Source: an uncultured Alphaproteobacteria bacterium
GTDB lineage: Bacteria; Pseudomonadota; Alphaproteobacteria; Rs-D84
Direction of reading: 5' to 3'
NCBI GenBank assembly: GCA_947053455.1
Contig: CAMRSV010000011.1
Location: forward strand, 1 to 27,236
Length of the DNA: 27,236 nt
Within the stretch, counting starts at the first letter, position 1. Every line of letters begins with the position of its first letter. The notes beneath the pieces were generated by a model. The model searched no databases. It was given only the letters and a program-made list of their open reading frames with translations, and was not told the origin of the DNA. Of this stretch, positions 9,447-19,329 are shown piece by piece. Position numbers and translations under genes: made by a program.

Positions 9447-9556
9447 AAAAAAGATTGTGATTTTTGATTTCTGGTTTATTATTAGGGTTGAAATCCAAAT
9501 AAAATCGGAAATCATCTATCTAAATCGATTAACAAGCCAAGCCTAAGGAGAAAACT

Positions 9557-10744
9557 ATGGCAAAAGAAAAGTACGTAAGAACCAAGCCGCATGTTAATAT
9601 CGGTACCATCGGTCACGTTGACCACGGTAAGACGACATTGACTGCCGCTATCGTTCACTACTATGGCGTCGGCGCCGACAAAGAAAAGGGTGTTGATAAA
9701 ATCGATAACGCCCCAGAAGAAAAGGCCCGCGGCATAACAATTAACACTTCTCACGTTGAATATGAAACGGACTCACGTCACTACGCGCACGTTGACTGCC
9801 CGGGGCACGCTGACTATGTTAAAAACATGATTACCGGTGCGGCTCAGATGGACGGTGCAATTTTGGTTGTTGCCGCGACAGACGGTCCGATGCCTCAGAC
9901 ACGCGAACACATTCTGTTGGCGCGCCAGGTTGGTATTCCGAAAATCGTTGTTTACCTGAACAAGTGCGATTTGGCGAATGACGCTGAACTATTGGAATTG
10001 GTTGAAATGGAAATCCGTGAACTGTTGTCTGCGAACGATTTCGACGGCGACAATGCTCCGATTATCCGTGGTTCCGCTGTTTCTGCATTGGAAGGAAAAT
10101 CTGACGGTCTGGGTAAAGAATCTATTGATGCTTTGTTGAAGGCCTGTGATGAATTCATCCCGATGCCGGAACGTCCGGTTGACAAACCGTTCTTGATGCC
10201 GATTGAAGACGTATTCTCCATCACCGGTCGTGGTACCGTTGTGACGGGTCGTGTTGAATCCGGTGTTATCAAAGTCGGTGACGAATGTGAAATCGTTGGT
10301 CTGCGTCCGACACAGAAAACAACTGTAACCGGTGTTGAAATGTTCCGCAAAATGTTGGATCAGGGTGAAGCTGGTGATAACGTTGGTCTGTTGCTGCGTG
10401 GTACCAAGAAGGAAGATGTTGAACGTGGTCAGATTATCTGCAAACCGGGTTCCATCACCCCGCACACAGAATTCGAAGCTGAAGTTTATATCTTGACGAA
10501 AGAAGAAGGCGGCCGCCACACGGCGTTCTTCTCGAACTATCGTCCGCAGTTCTACTTCAGCACGACAGACGTAACCGGTACAATCACACTGCCGGCGGAC
10601 AAAGAAATGGTTCTGCCGGGCGACAATGTCCGTATCACGGTGCAATTGATTGCTCCTATTGCTATGGACGAAGGTCGTCGCTTTGCTATCCGCGAAGGCG
10701 GACGCACGGTTGGCGCTGGTGTCGTATCGAAAATTATCAAATAA
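9557..10744 (+). CDS. tuf: elongation factor Tu
   Basis: [36 protein letters not shown]. Confidence 0.99.
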   Translation: MAKEKYVRTKPHVNIGTIGHVDHGKTTLTAAIVHYYGVGADKEKGVDKIDNAPEEKARGITINTSHVEYETDSRHYAHVDCPGHADYVKNMITGAAQMDGAILVVAATDGPMPQTREHILLARQVGIPKIVVYLNKCDLANDAELLELVEMEIRELLSANDFDGDNAPIIRGSAVSALEGKSDGLGKESIDALLKACDEFIPMPERPVDKPFLMPIEDVFSITGRGTVVTGRVESGVIKVGDECEIVGLRPTQKTTVTGVEMFRKMLDQGEAGDNVGLLLRGTKKEDVERGQIICKPGSITPHTEFEAEVYILTKEEGGRHTAFFSNYRPQFYFSTTDVTGTITLPADKEMVLPGDNVRITVQLIAPIAMDEGRRFAIREGGRTVGAGVVSKIIK

Positions 10745-10822
10745 TGTAATAAATCGGGTCGGTGTAACTGGATGAAACGCCAGTGATTACCGGCCCGGGT
10801 AAAAATAAGGAAAACGAACAAA

Positions 10823-11134
10823 ATGGTACCTGCATCTAAAATTCGCATAAAATTGACGGCGTTTGATCACCGTATATTGATTGAATCGGTGGATGAAATA
10901 GTCAAAACTGCAAAGCGCACCGGCGCAGATGTCGTTGGGCCCGTTCGCTTGCCGACATTGATTAAGAAATTTACAGTCAACCGTTCGCCGCACGTCGATA
11001 AAAAGTCGCGCGAACAGTTCGAAATTCGCAATCATAAAGCGGTTGTCGATATTGTTAATCCAACCCCTCAGACTGTTGATGCTTTGATGAAGTTGGATTT
11101 GGCGTCGGGTGTAGATGTAAAAATTAAATTGTAA
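10823..11134 (+). CDS. rpsJ: 30S ribosomal protein S10
   Basis: [16 protein letters not shown]. Confidence 0.98.
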   Translation: MVPASKIRIKLTAFDHRILIESVDEIVKTAKRTGADVVGPVRLPTLIKKFTVNRSPHVDKKSREQFEIRNHKAVVDIVNPTPQTVDALMKLDLASGVDVKIKL

Positions 11135-11202
11135 ATTGTTAGGTTGGTGTGGGATGCAATTATAAAACGTGCCAACCTCTGACAGAAAAAAGGCAAATAA
11201 AA

Positions 11203-11931
11203 ATGAAACGTAGCGGATTAATTACAACAAAAATAGGAATGACACGCCTGTATGATGATGGTGGCGTGGCGCACCCAGTAACGGTTTTGGCAGTGGGTGA
11301 TTGCGCAGTTATCGGAAATCGTACAATGGACAAGAATGGTTATGTAGCCAATATTTTGGGGCTGCGTGAAGCCAAGGCAAAGCATGTTGCAAAGCCTCAA
11401 ATGGTGGCGGCGGAAAAAGCCGGTGTAAAACCATATCGCAAAGTTGTAGAATTTCGCGTAACTGACGATTGTGTAATCCCGGCGGGAACACAGTTGTCTG
11501 CGTCTCATTTTATTGCCGGTCAATTTGTCGATGTTCAAGCGACCAGCAAAGGTAAGGGATTCCAGGGTGCGATGAAACGCCATAACTTTGGCGGTAAGGA
11601 AGCAACACACGGTGTTTTGAAGGCGCATCGTTCAATCGGTGGTACGGGTATGCGTGAATGGCCGGGTCGTGTTTTGAAAGGCAAGAAAATGGCGGGTCAG
11701 ATGGGCAATGAAACCGTTACAGTACAGAATTTGAAAGTATTCGGCACGGATGTGGCGGAAAATCTGATTTTCGTTGAAGGGGCCGTTCCGGGTGCAAACG
11801 GTACGTTTGTACTGGTAACCGACGCGGTTAAAAAAGAACACGCTGATTTGCCGGTTCCGACATCGTTGAACAACAACAATGACGCCGCACAGCAAGCGAC
11901 AGAAACCGAAACAGAAACTGTTGCGGAATAA
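11203..11931 (+). CDS. rplC: 50S ribosomal protein L3
   Basis: KIGMTR, SKGKGFQGAMKRHNF, GKKMAGQMG; start set to the ATG after AAAGG. Confidence 0.97.
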   Translation: MKRSGLITTKIGMTRLYDDGGVAHPVTVLAVGDCAVIGNRTMDKNGYVANILGLREAKAKHVAKPQMVAAEKAGVKPYRKVVEFRVTDDCVIPAGTQLSASHFIAGQFVDVQATSKGKGFQGAMKRHNFGGKEATHGVLKAHRSIGGTGMREWPGRVLKGKKMAGQMGNETVTVQNLKVFGTDVAENLIFVEGAVPGANGTFVLVTDAVKKEHADLPVPTSLNNNNDAAQQATETETETVAE

Positions 11932-11964
11932 TATATGGGCGACAGCAAGAGTAAGGTGAAAAAA

Positions 11965-12585
11965 ATGCAAATAGACATTATAAATTTTGATGGCAAAGCG
12001 GTTGGCAAAGTTGAATTGGCAGACCAAATCTTTGGATTAGAGCCGCGCGCGGATATTCTGCATCGTGTTGTCACATGGCAGCGTGCAAAATCCCGTGCGG
12101 GTACGCATGCGGTAAAAACTGTTTCCGATGTCGAAGGCAGTGGCAGAAAGGCATTTAAGCAGAAAAAGACCGGTAATGCACGTCAGGGTGAAAAATACAA
12201 TGTTCACATGCGTGGCGGTGGTGTTGTTCACGGTCCGGTTGTTCGCGATCACAGCATCGATTTGCCTAAAAAAGTTCGCAGCCTTGGTTTGAAAATGGCT
12301 TTGTCTTCCAAGGTTAAAGATGGCACATTGGTTGTTATTGATTCTGAAAAATTGACTGCGACCAAGACGAACGCCTTTGCAAAACAGTTGAAAAAACTGG
12401 GTTGGGCATCCGCTTTGTTTGTCGGGGCGGAATCTTTGGATGAAAATTTCAAGAAATCTGCTGCAAACATTGCAAATATTGACGCTTTGCCGACAATCGG
12501 TTTGAATGTTTTGGATATCTTGAAACATGAAAAGTTGGTTTTGACGGCTGATGCGGTCAAGGCGATTGAGACAAGATTGGCGTAA
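11965..12585 (+). CDS. rplD: 50S ribosomal protein L4
   Basis: RAGTHAVKT, MRGGGVVHGP, LPKKVR; start set to the ATG after TAAGGTG. Confidence 0.96.
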   Translation: MQIDIINFDGKAVGKVELADQIFGLEPRADILHRVVTWQRAKSRAGTHAVKTVSDVEGSGRKAFKQKKTGNARQGEKYNVHMRGGGVVHGPVVRDHSIDLPKKVRSLGLKMALSSKVKDGTLVVIDSEKLTATKTNAFAKQLKKLGWASALFVGAESLDENFKKSAANIANIDALPTIGLNVLDILKHEKLVLTADAVKAIETRLA

Positions 12586-12601
12586 TCGAAAAGGTTAAAA
12601 A

Positions 12602-12934
12602 ATGGCAGAAAAAAAAGTTAATACAGAGAAAAAAATCGTTGCGACCGCTGGTATTTATAGTATACTGCGTCGTCCGATAATCTCGGAAAAGGCGGCAAAA
12701 TTGTCCGAAAGCAATGCGATTGCATTCGAAGTTGCCGCAAATGCGACCAAAGAAGATGTTGCGCGTGCTATTGAGGCGATTTACAATGTAAAACCGACCA
12801 AGGTCAACATTGTTGTCACCAAGGGCAAAGTGAAAACATTCCGTGGACGCAGCACAGGCACACAGCGTACTGTGAAAAAGGCCTATGTATCATTGCCGGC
12901 AGATGCAAAATTGGATTTGTCCGCAAACATATAA
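12602..12934 (+). CDS. rplW: 50S ribosomal protein L23
   Basis: RPIISEK, KKAYVSL; operon position. Confidence 0.96.
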   Translation: MAEKKVNTEKKIVATAGIYSILRRPIISEKAAKLSESNAIAFEVAANATKEDVARAIEAIYNVKPTKVNIVVTKGKVKTFRGRSTGTQRTVKKAYVSLPADAKLDLSANI

Positions 12935-13011
12935 TAAAAAAGAACAGCGCTGGCAGAGAATCCGTATTTGCGGGATGTTAGTGTCAGGGCAGAAACAAAG
13001 GTAAGAACAAA

Positions 13012-13845
13012 ATGGCATTAAAGCATTATAAGCCGACAACACCGGGTACGCGTGGTTTAGTTCAAATTGACCGCAGCGAACTGCACCATGGTGCACCGGA
13101 AAAGGCGTTGACCGTTGGTTTGAAATCCAAGGGCGGTCGCAATAACTTTGGTCATGTCACCGTTATGCATCAGGGTGGTGGCCACAAACGTAAATATCGT
13201 TTGATTGATTTTAAACGTAAAAAGACCGGAATTCCGGCGACGGTTGTTCGTCTGGAATATGACCCGAACCGCACCGCATTCATTGCTTTGATTGAATACA
13301 CGGACGGTGTTCGTTCATATATCTTGGCACCGCGTGATTTGAAGGCGGGTGACACGGTTATTTCCGGTACACGTGAAGACATCAAGCCGGGCAACACAAT
13401 GCCGTTGAAAAACATGCCGATTGGTACAATTGTTCACAACGTTGAACTGAAACCGGGTGCAGGCGGCCAGTTGGCACGCAGCGCGGGTTGCTATGCCCAG
13501 TTGATGGGTAAAGACGGTGTTTATGCCCAGATTAAAATGAACAGCGGCGAACTGCGCAAGGTTCATTCAGATTGCTTGGCGACAGTTGGCAGCGTTTCGA
13601 ATCCGGAACAGCGTAATGTCAACCTGGGTAAGGCGGGTCGTGCACGTTGGTTGGGTATCCGTCCGTCCGTTCGCGGTATGGCCATGAACCCGAATGATCA
13701 CCCGATGGGTGGTGGTAACGGTCACTCCAAGGGACACGAACCGGTATCTCGCACCGGTATCCCGGCGAAGGGCTATCGCACTCGCAGCAACAAACGTACT
13801 GCCAAGATGATTATCCGTAGCAGACATTTGGCAAAGAAAAAATAA
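13012..13845 (+). CDS. rplB: 50S ribosomal protein L2
   Basis: [30 protein letters not shown]. Confidence 0.99.
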   Translation: MALKHYKPTTPGTRGLVQIDRSELHHGAPEKALTVGLKSKGGRNNFGHVTVMHQGGGHKRKYRLIDFKRKKTGIPATVVRLEYDPNRTAFIALIEYTDGVRSYILAPRDLKAGDTVISGTREDIKPGNTMPLKNMPIGTIVHNVELKPGAGGQLARSAGCYAQLMGKDGVYAQIKMNSGELRKVHSDCLATVGSVSNPEQRNVNLGKAGRARWLGIRPSVRGMAMNPNDHPMGGGNGHSKGHEPVSRTGIPAKGYRTRSNKRTAKMIIRSRHLAKKK

Positions 13846-13901
13846 TATAAAGCCGTCGGTGTCGCACTGACACCGACGACGCAGGAAAAACGGAGTAATT
13901 A

Positions 13902-14186
13902 ATGTCTCGTTCAGTATGGAAAGGTCCTTATGTTCATCCCTCTGTCTTGAAAAAGGCCGCGGCGGCGAATGAAAATAATGACCACAAGCCGATTAAAACA
14001 TGGTCCCGTGGCAGCACGATTGTGCCGCCGATGGTTGGGCTGACTTTTGAAGTGCACAATGGTAATAAATTTATCCCGGTTTCAATTGTTGAAGATATGA
14101 TTGGACATAAATTGGGTGAATTTGCGCCAACACGTACGTTCAAAGGCCATGCGGCAAATAAAAAAGCGGCCGCCGGCAAGAAATAA
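13902..14186 (+). CDS. rpsS: 30S ribosomal protein S19
   Basis: [22 protein letters not shown]. Confidence 0.99.
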   Translation: MSRSVWKGPYVHPSVLKKAAAANENNDHKPIKTWSRGSTIVPPMVGLTFEVHNGNKFIPVSIVEDMIGHKLGEFAPTRTFKGHAANKKAAAGKK

Positions 14187-14233
14187 TAATTTCTGATTTC
14201 GCACTGAAATCATAAATATAAGGTAAAACAGTT

Positions 14234-14638
14234 ATGACTACGACAAGATATGGAATTAAAGATAATCAGGTTCGCGCGTTCAATAAAATGATCCGCGTCA
14301 GCCACCAGAAATTGAATCTGGTTTGCGACATGGTTCGCGGTCAGCCGGTTGACCGTGCGGTTGATATCTTGAAATTTTCGAAAAAGCGTGTTGCAGGCGA
14401 AGTTCTGAAAACTTTGCTGTCAGCAGTTGCCAATGCGGAACACAACAAAAATCTGCCGGCGGACACATTGTTCGTTAAGGAAATTTGGTGTGGCAAGGCG
14501 TTGACAATGAAACGCATCATGGCCGGGCCGCGCGGCAGTGCGCGTCCGATTTTGAAACCTTTCTCGAATCTGACAATTGTATTGGAATCGGGTGTGGCGC
14601 CATCGAAAAAAACAAAAAAAGAAGTAAAAAGCAAATAA
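14234..14638 (+). CDS. rplV: 50S ribosomal protein L22
   Basis: KLNLV.D.VRG, SAVANAEHN, ILKPFS; operon position. Confidence 0.96.
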   Translation: MTTTRYGIKDNQVRAFNKMIRVSHQKLNLVCDMVRGQPVDRAVDILKFSKKRVAGEVLKTLLSAVANAEHNKNLPADTLFVKEIWCGKALTMKRIMAGPRGSARPILKPFSNLTIVLESGVAPSKKTKKEVKSK

Positions 14639-14723
14639 TCAAGCCATGACGGGTGGTATGGAATTATCCTGAATAAAGCCAAAAGCTTCAAGAACACCAG
14701 TCATTAGAATAAGGAAAAAAGAA

Positions 14724-15425
14724 ATGGGACAGAAAGTATCGCCAATTTCACAGCGTCTGGGTATCAACAAGATTACTGATTCACGCTGGATTGCAGGTAA
14801 GAAAGATTATGCAAACCTGTTGGCCGAAGATATTAAAATTCGTAAATTTATTGAAAAGAAACTGAAAAAGGCCGGATTGGCGAAAGTTGTTGTTGAACGC
14901 TTTGCCAAGAAAGTCGTGGTTACAATCCACACTTCTCGTCCCGGTATGATTATCGGTAAAAATGGTGCCGATATCGAATCGTTGCGCAACGATATCAAGA
15001 AACTGGTTAAAAATGATCAAGTTGTTGTGAATATCTTTGAAGTTCGTCGTCCGGACTTGAACGCGCAATTGGTTGCGCAGAACATTGCGCAGCAAATCGA
15101 AGGCCGTGTTTCATTCAAACGTGCAATGAAAAAAGCGGTTCAGAACGCCCAAAAGGCGGGCGCCCAGGGTATCAAGGTTATGTGCTCGGGTCGTTTGAAT
15201 GGTGCTGAAATCGCGCGTAGCGAACAAATCCGCGAAGGTCGTATTCCGTTGCATACATTGCGTGCGGACATTGACTATGCGTCTATTCAGGCCAAGACAA
15301 CATACGGCGTTATTGGTGTAAAAGTATGGATTTACACTGGCGACGTTGTGAACAAGGAAAAGCTGGCATCCGAAATGGCGAGACCCGCCGAATATGCCGG
15401 CAGTAGCGAAAGAAGAAACAAATAA
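14724..15425 (+). CDS. rpsC: 30S ribosomal protein S3
   Basis: [26 protein letters not shown]. Confidence 0.99.
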   Translation: MGQKVSPISQRLGINKITDSRWIAGKKDYANLLAEDIKIRKFIEKKLKKAGLAKVVVERFAKKVVVTIHTSRPGMIIGKNGADIESLRNDIKKLVKNDQVVVNIFEVRRPDLNAQLVAQNIAQQIEGRVSFKRAMKKAVQNAQKAGAQGIKVMCSGRLNGAEIARSEQIREGRIPLHTLRADIDYASIQAKTTYGVIGVKVWIYTGDVVNKEKLASEMARPAEYAGSSERRNK

Positions 15426-15489
15426 TTTTTGACGGTATCCTATATGGTGCCGAGAAATCAAAAATAAAGAAAGTATAAAGGTTGTTATC

Positions 15490-15903
15490 ATGTTAATGCC
15501 AAAGAAAACAAAATTTCGCAAACAGCATAAGGGTCGTATTCACGGCGCCGCCAAAGGCGGTAGTGAATTGGCGTTCGGTTCGTTTGGACTGAAGGCTATG
15601 ACACCGGAACGCGTCACCGCGCGCCAGATTGAGGCTGCGCGTCGTGCGATAACTCGTCATATGAAGCGTATGGGTAAACTGTGGATTCGCATATTCCCGG
15701 ATGTTCCTGTTACCAAAAAACCGGCGGAAGTCCGTATGGGTAAAGGTAAGGGTGCGGTTGAATACTGGATTTGCCGCGTAAAACCGGGTCGCATCATGTT
15801 CGAATTGGATGGTGTAAAACCGGAAATCGCATACGAAGCGTTTGCGTTGGCGGCGGCAAAACTGCCGGTTAAGACCAAAGTTGTTGAACGTAAAGTTAAC
15901 TAA
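15490..15903 (+). CDS. rplP: 50S ribosomal protein L16
   Basis: [26 protein letters not shown]. Confidence 0.99.
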   Translation: MLMPKKTKFRKQHKGRIHGAAKGGSELAFGSFGLKAMTPERVTARQIEAARRAITRHMKRMGKLWIRIFPDVPVTKKPAEVRMGKGKGAVEYWICRVKPGRIMFELDGVKPEIAYEAFALAAAKLPVKTKVVERKVN

Positions 15904-15948
15904 TTGCGCATCCCGATTATGGGGACAAAGGCAAAAAAGGTAATTAAG

Positions 15949-16140
15949 ATGGCAGAAAAAAAAGTGGAAAAAGAAGCATTGACAGTCGAAGCGCTGAAAA
16001 GCAAATTGGTTGATTTGAAAAAAGAACAGATGAACCAACGCTTTCAGCATGCGACCGGTCAAATGCCGAAAACGCACGTTATGCGTCAAACACGTCGTGA
16101 AATTGCACGTGTTAAGACAAAATTGAACGCTGCGAAATAA
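15949..16140 (+). CDS. rpmC: 50S ribosomal protein L29
   Basis: LKKEQMNQRFQHATGQ, RREIARVKT; ATG after AAAGG. Confidence 0.95.
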   Translation: MAEKKVEKEALTVEALKSKLVDLKKEQMNQRFQHATGQMPKTHVMRQTRREIARVKTKLNAAK

Positions 16141-16156
16141 AAATTGCTGATTTTTG

Positions 16157-16184
16157 TTGAGATTTCTAAAAATTTAGTTATCAT
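16157..16184 (+). promoter_or_regulatory. possible internal promoter before rpsQ
   Basis: TTGAGA-16 bp-TATCAT in an AT-rich 154-bp gap. Confidence 0.3.
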
Positions 16185-16294
16185 ATGCCAAAATCAGGTA
16201 AGTAAAACAAAGAAATTAATTCACAGGTTTTGTCTGTAGAGGGTATCTCTGCGGGCGAAAAACCGGGAATTAAGCAACGTAAGGGACTAAAGTT

Positions 16295-16564
16295 ATGCCA
16301 AGACGTATACTGCAGGGAACTGTGACAAGTACAGCAAATGACAAAACAGTCGTTGTGGAAGTGGAACGCCGTTTCCGTCATCCGCTGTATGGAAAGTTCG
16401 TAAAGCAGAACAAAAAATATAAGGCGCACGACGAAGCCAATGAATATAAAGTTGGTGACATCGTTGCAATAGAAGAACATCGTCCGATTTCCAAGACAAA
16501 ATCTTGGGTTGTAAAGGGACGCGTGGGCGTTTCCAAGGACGAAGGTGTGCAGGTCGTTGACTAA
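16295..16564 (+). CDS. rpsQ: 30S ribosomal protein S17
   Basis: [27 protein letters not shown]. Confidence 0.98.
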   Translation: MPRRILQGTVTSTANDKTVVVEVERRFRHPLYGKFVKQNKKYKAHDEANEYKVGDIVAIEEHRPISKTKSWVVKGRVGVSKDEGVQVVD

Positions 16565-16669
16565 ATCACAACGGGTTCTTTGAGGTCGGCCTATTTTTAG
16601 GGCAGGGCAGTCGGAACCTATAACAAAGCAGCGGGGGATTGCCCCGTTCGCAGGACAAGGATATAGATA

Positions 16670-17044
16670 ATGATACAAAATGAAACAGTTATGACGGTCG
16701 CTGATAACTCTGGTGCGCGCAAGGCAATGTGCATCAAGGTATTAGGCGGTTCTCATCGTCGCTATGCGACAGTCGGCGATAAAATTGTCGTCGCAATCAA
16801 AGAAGCCATTCCGCGTGGCAAGGTTCAAAAGGGTACGGTTCAACGTGCGATTATCGTTCGCACAAAGTTCCCGGTAAAGCGTCCTGATGGTTCAATCATT
16901 CGCTTTGATGACAATGCGGTTGTTTTGATTAACAAAAACAATTTTGAACCGATTGGCACACGTATCTTTGGGCCGATTGCCCGTGAAGTGCGCCGCAAAT
17001 ACGACGTTCAAAAAATCGTGTCTTTGGCACCGGAAGTCATATAA
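16670..17044 (+). CDS. rplN: 50S ribosomal protein L14
   Basis: [24 protein letters not shown]. Confidence 0.99.
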   Translation: MIQNETVMTVADNSGARKAMCIKVLGGSHRRYATVGDKIVVAIKEAIPRGKVQKGTVQRAIIVRTKFPVKRPDGSIIRFDDNAVVLINKNNFEPIGTRIFGPIAREVRRKYDVQKIVSLAPEVI

Positions 17045-17065
17045 TATTAGATAAAGGCGAGCAAA

Positions 17066-17368
17066 ATGAAAATCAAGAAAGGCGATGAAGTCGTAGTTAT
17101 TTCGGGGAAATACAAAGGCGTAAAAGGTAAAGTGCTGGAAGCGCGCCCGTCTGAATCACGCGTTGTGGTCGAAGGTGTTAATCGTCGCAAATGGCATGTA
17201 AAGCCGACCGAAGGACAGCCGGGGCACATCATTGACCGTGAGGCACCCGTGCATGTTTCCAATGTCGCATTGTTGGATCCGAAAACAAAAAAGGCGACAC
17301 GCGTTGGATATAAAATTGACGCGGGCAAAAAAGTTCGTGTTGCTAAAAAATCAGGCGCGGAACTGTAA
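17066..17368 (+). CDS. rplX: 50S ribosomal protein L24
   Basis: [17 protein letters not shown] motif, EAPVHVSNV. Confidence 0.98.
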   Translation: MKIKKGDEVVVISGKYKGVKGKVLEARPSESRVVVEGVNRRKWHVKPTEGQPGHIIDREAPVHVSNVALLDPKTKKATRVGYKIDAGKKVRVAKKSGAEL

Positions 17369-17417
17369 AAACAATCGTTCCCCGCTGTTACGGGGACCAA
17401 ACGTGAAGGAATAAAAA

Positions 17418-17963
17418 ATGCAAAGCAGATTGCGTGAAATTTATGAAAAGAACATTGTGCCCGAACTGGTAAAAGAATTTGGGTACACAAATGCATTGGC
17501 AGTTCCGAAACTGTCCAAAATTGTGTTGAACATGGGTGTCGGCGAAGCTGTTTCTGATAAGAAGAAACTGGATGCGGCTGTGGCAGATTTGACCGCGATT
17601 GCGGCTCAAAAATCCGTTATCACACGTGCAAAAAAATCCATTGCGACATATCGTCTGCGCGAAGGTCAGCCTATTGGTACAAAGGTGACGCTGCGTGGTA
17701 AAAGAATGTATGATTTCCTGGATAAACTGATTACGGTTGCATTGCCGCGCGTAAAGGATTTCCGTGGTTTGTCAAAATCAAAATTTGATGGTCGTGGAAA
17801 CTATGCCTTTGGAATCAAGGAACACTTGATATTCCCGGAAATTTCGGTTGATAAAATCGATGCAATCCGTGGTATGGACATTGTTATCGCGACGACGGCG
17901 AAAACTGACGAAGAAGCTCGCGCATTGCTGACAAAAATCGGCTTGCCGTTGGTTTTGAAATAA
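17418..17963 (+). CDS. rplE: 50S ribosomal protein L5
   Basis: [25 protein letters not shown]. Confidence 0.99.
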   Translation: MQSRLREIYEKNIVPELVKEFGYTNALAVPKLSKIVLNMGVGEAVSDKKKLDAAVADLTAIAAQKSVITRAKKSIATYRLREGQPIGTKVTLRGKRMYDFLDKLITVALPRVKDFRGLSKSKFDGRGNYAFGIKEHLIFPEISVDKIDAIRGMDIVIATTAKTDEEARALLTKIGLPLVLK

Positions 17964-17981
17964 TTAGAGTAAGGAAAAAAA

Positions 17982-18284
17982 ATGGCTAAATTGGCGTTAA
18001 TAAACAAACAACAAAGACGTGAAAAATTGGTCGCGAAATATGCCAAAAAGCGTGAAGCGATTAAGGCTAAAATGTCTGTTAATGCAACACCAGACGAACG
18101 TATGGAGGCAATGAAAAAGTTGGCGAAACTGCCGCGCAATGCCAATCCGACGCGTCTGCGTAATCGTTGTTCTGTCACGGGTCGTGCCCGCGGTTTCTCC
18201 CGCTTGTTCGGTCTGTGTCGCCAACAGGTTCGTACCTTGGCGTCCGAAGGTAAACTGCCGGGTGTACGTAAGTCAAGTTGGTAA
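17982..18284 (+). CDS. rpsN: 30S ribosomal protein S14 (long form lacking the full Zn ribbon)
   Basis: LPRNANPTRLRNRC..TGR, LPGVRKSSW; 100 aa. Confidence 0.98.
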   Translation: MAKLALINKQQRREKLVAKYAKKREAIKAKMSVNATPDERMEAMKKLAKLPRNANPTRLRNRCSVTGRARGFSRLFGLCRQQVRTLASEGKLPGVRKSSW

Positions 18285-18359
18285 TCAAAACAAGTGTCAG
18301 TTGTGGACAATGCAGCTGATGTAAACAATGCGGGCGTACCCGCAGAGAAGGAGTAAAAG

Positions 18360-18758
18360 ATGTCATTATCACACCCAATCGGAGATATGGTGACCCGCAT
18401 TCGTAATGGTCAGAATGCCGGCAAAGAATCCATAGTTGTTCCGAACAGCAAACTGCGTGCAGCGGTTCTGGCTGTATTAAAAGAAGAAGGTTTCATCACA
18501 GATTTCCGCAAGGAACAGATTGACGAACACCGCGCAAATTTGATTGTTGATTTGAAATATGTCGGCGGAAACGGTGCAATCCAGGAAATATCGGTTGTAT
18601 CCAAACCGGGGCGCCGCGTTTATTCTGGCAGCGCAAAAATGCCCAAGGTTTTAAATGGGCTGGGTATCGCAATCGTGTCCACACCAAACGGCGTTATGAC
18701 CGACCACAAGGCGCGCCTGATGAATGTCGGCGGCGAAGTGCTGTGCAAGGTTATATAA
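18360..18758 (+). CDS. rpsH: 30S ribosomal protein S8
   Basis: PIGDMVTRIRN, SKPGRRVY, GLGIAIVST, GGEVLC. Confidence 0.99.
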   Translation: MSLSHPIGDMVTRIRNGQNAGKESIVVPNSKLRAAVLAVLKEEGFITDFRKEQIDEHRANLIVDLKYVGGNGAIQEISVVSKPGRRVYSGSAKMPKVLNGLGIAIVSTPNGVMTDHKARLMNVGGEVLCKVI

Positions 18759-18777
18759 TAGAAGTGAGGATTAAGTT

Positions 18778-19329
18778 ATGTCTCGTGCAGGAAAATATCC
18801 AGTAAAATTATCAGAAGGCGTGTCGGCGGCAATTGTCGATAATGCCTTGGTGGTCAAAGGGCCTAAGGGCGAATTGAAATTGTCCTTGGACACAAAACAT
18901 GCAGGTCTTGTTGATGTTGTTGTTGAAGCCGACCAGGTTGTCGTTACGCCAAAAGATGCAGAAGATAAAACTTCTCGCGCAATGTGGGGTACAATGAACC
19001 GCAACGTTCGTTCCGCTGTTGAAGGCGTGTCCACAGGCTTTGCCAAAGAAATGTACATGAAGGGCGTTGGATACAAGGCGTCTGTTTCCGGTAACAAATT
19101 GGTTTTGGTCGTTGGGTTTTCTCATGATGTGATTATGGAAATCCCGGCTGGGTTGTCGGTTGAAATCGGCGGTGCGCCGACAGAATTCACAATCCGCGGT
19201 ATTGATAAGTGCCAGGTCGGTTTGTTTGCAGATAAAATCCACAAGATTCGCAAAGCGGATCCGTACAAGGGTAAGGGCATCTTCTATAAGGGCGAAAAAA
19301 TCCGCCGCAAGGAAGGTAAAAAGAAATAA
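18778..19329 (+). CDS. rplF: 50S ribosomal protein L6
   Basis: VKGPKGEL, GVGYKA, PYKGKGI, RRKEGKKK. Confidence 0.99.
   Translation: MSRAGKYPVKLSEGVSAAIVDNALVVKGPKGELKLSLDTKHAGLVDVVVEADQVVVTPKDAEDKTSRAMWGTMNRNVRSAVEGVSTGFAKEMYMKGVGYKASVSGNKLVLVVGFSHDVIMEIPAGLSVEIGGAPTEFTIRGIDKCQVGLFADKIHKIRKADPYKGKGIFYKGEKIRRKEGKKK

Noticed and set aside
17375-17403. TCGTTCCCCGCTGTTACGGGGACCAAACG resembles a type I-E CRISPR repeat (GTGTTCCCCGC...GCGGGGATAAACCG)
   Set aside because: Only two partial copies 2 kb apart, no regular spacers, no cas genes in the window; treated as an intercistronic hairpin.
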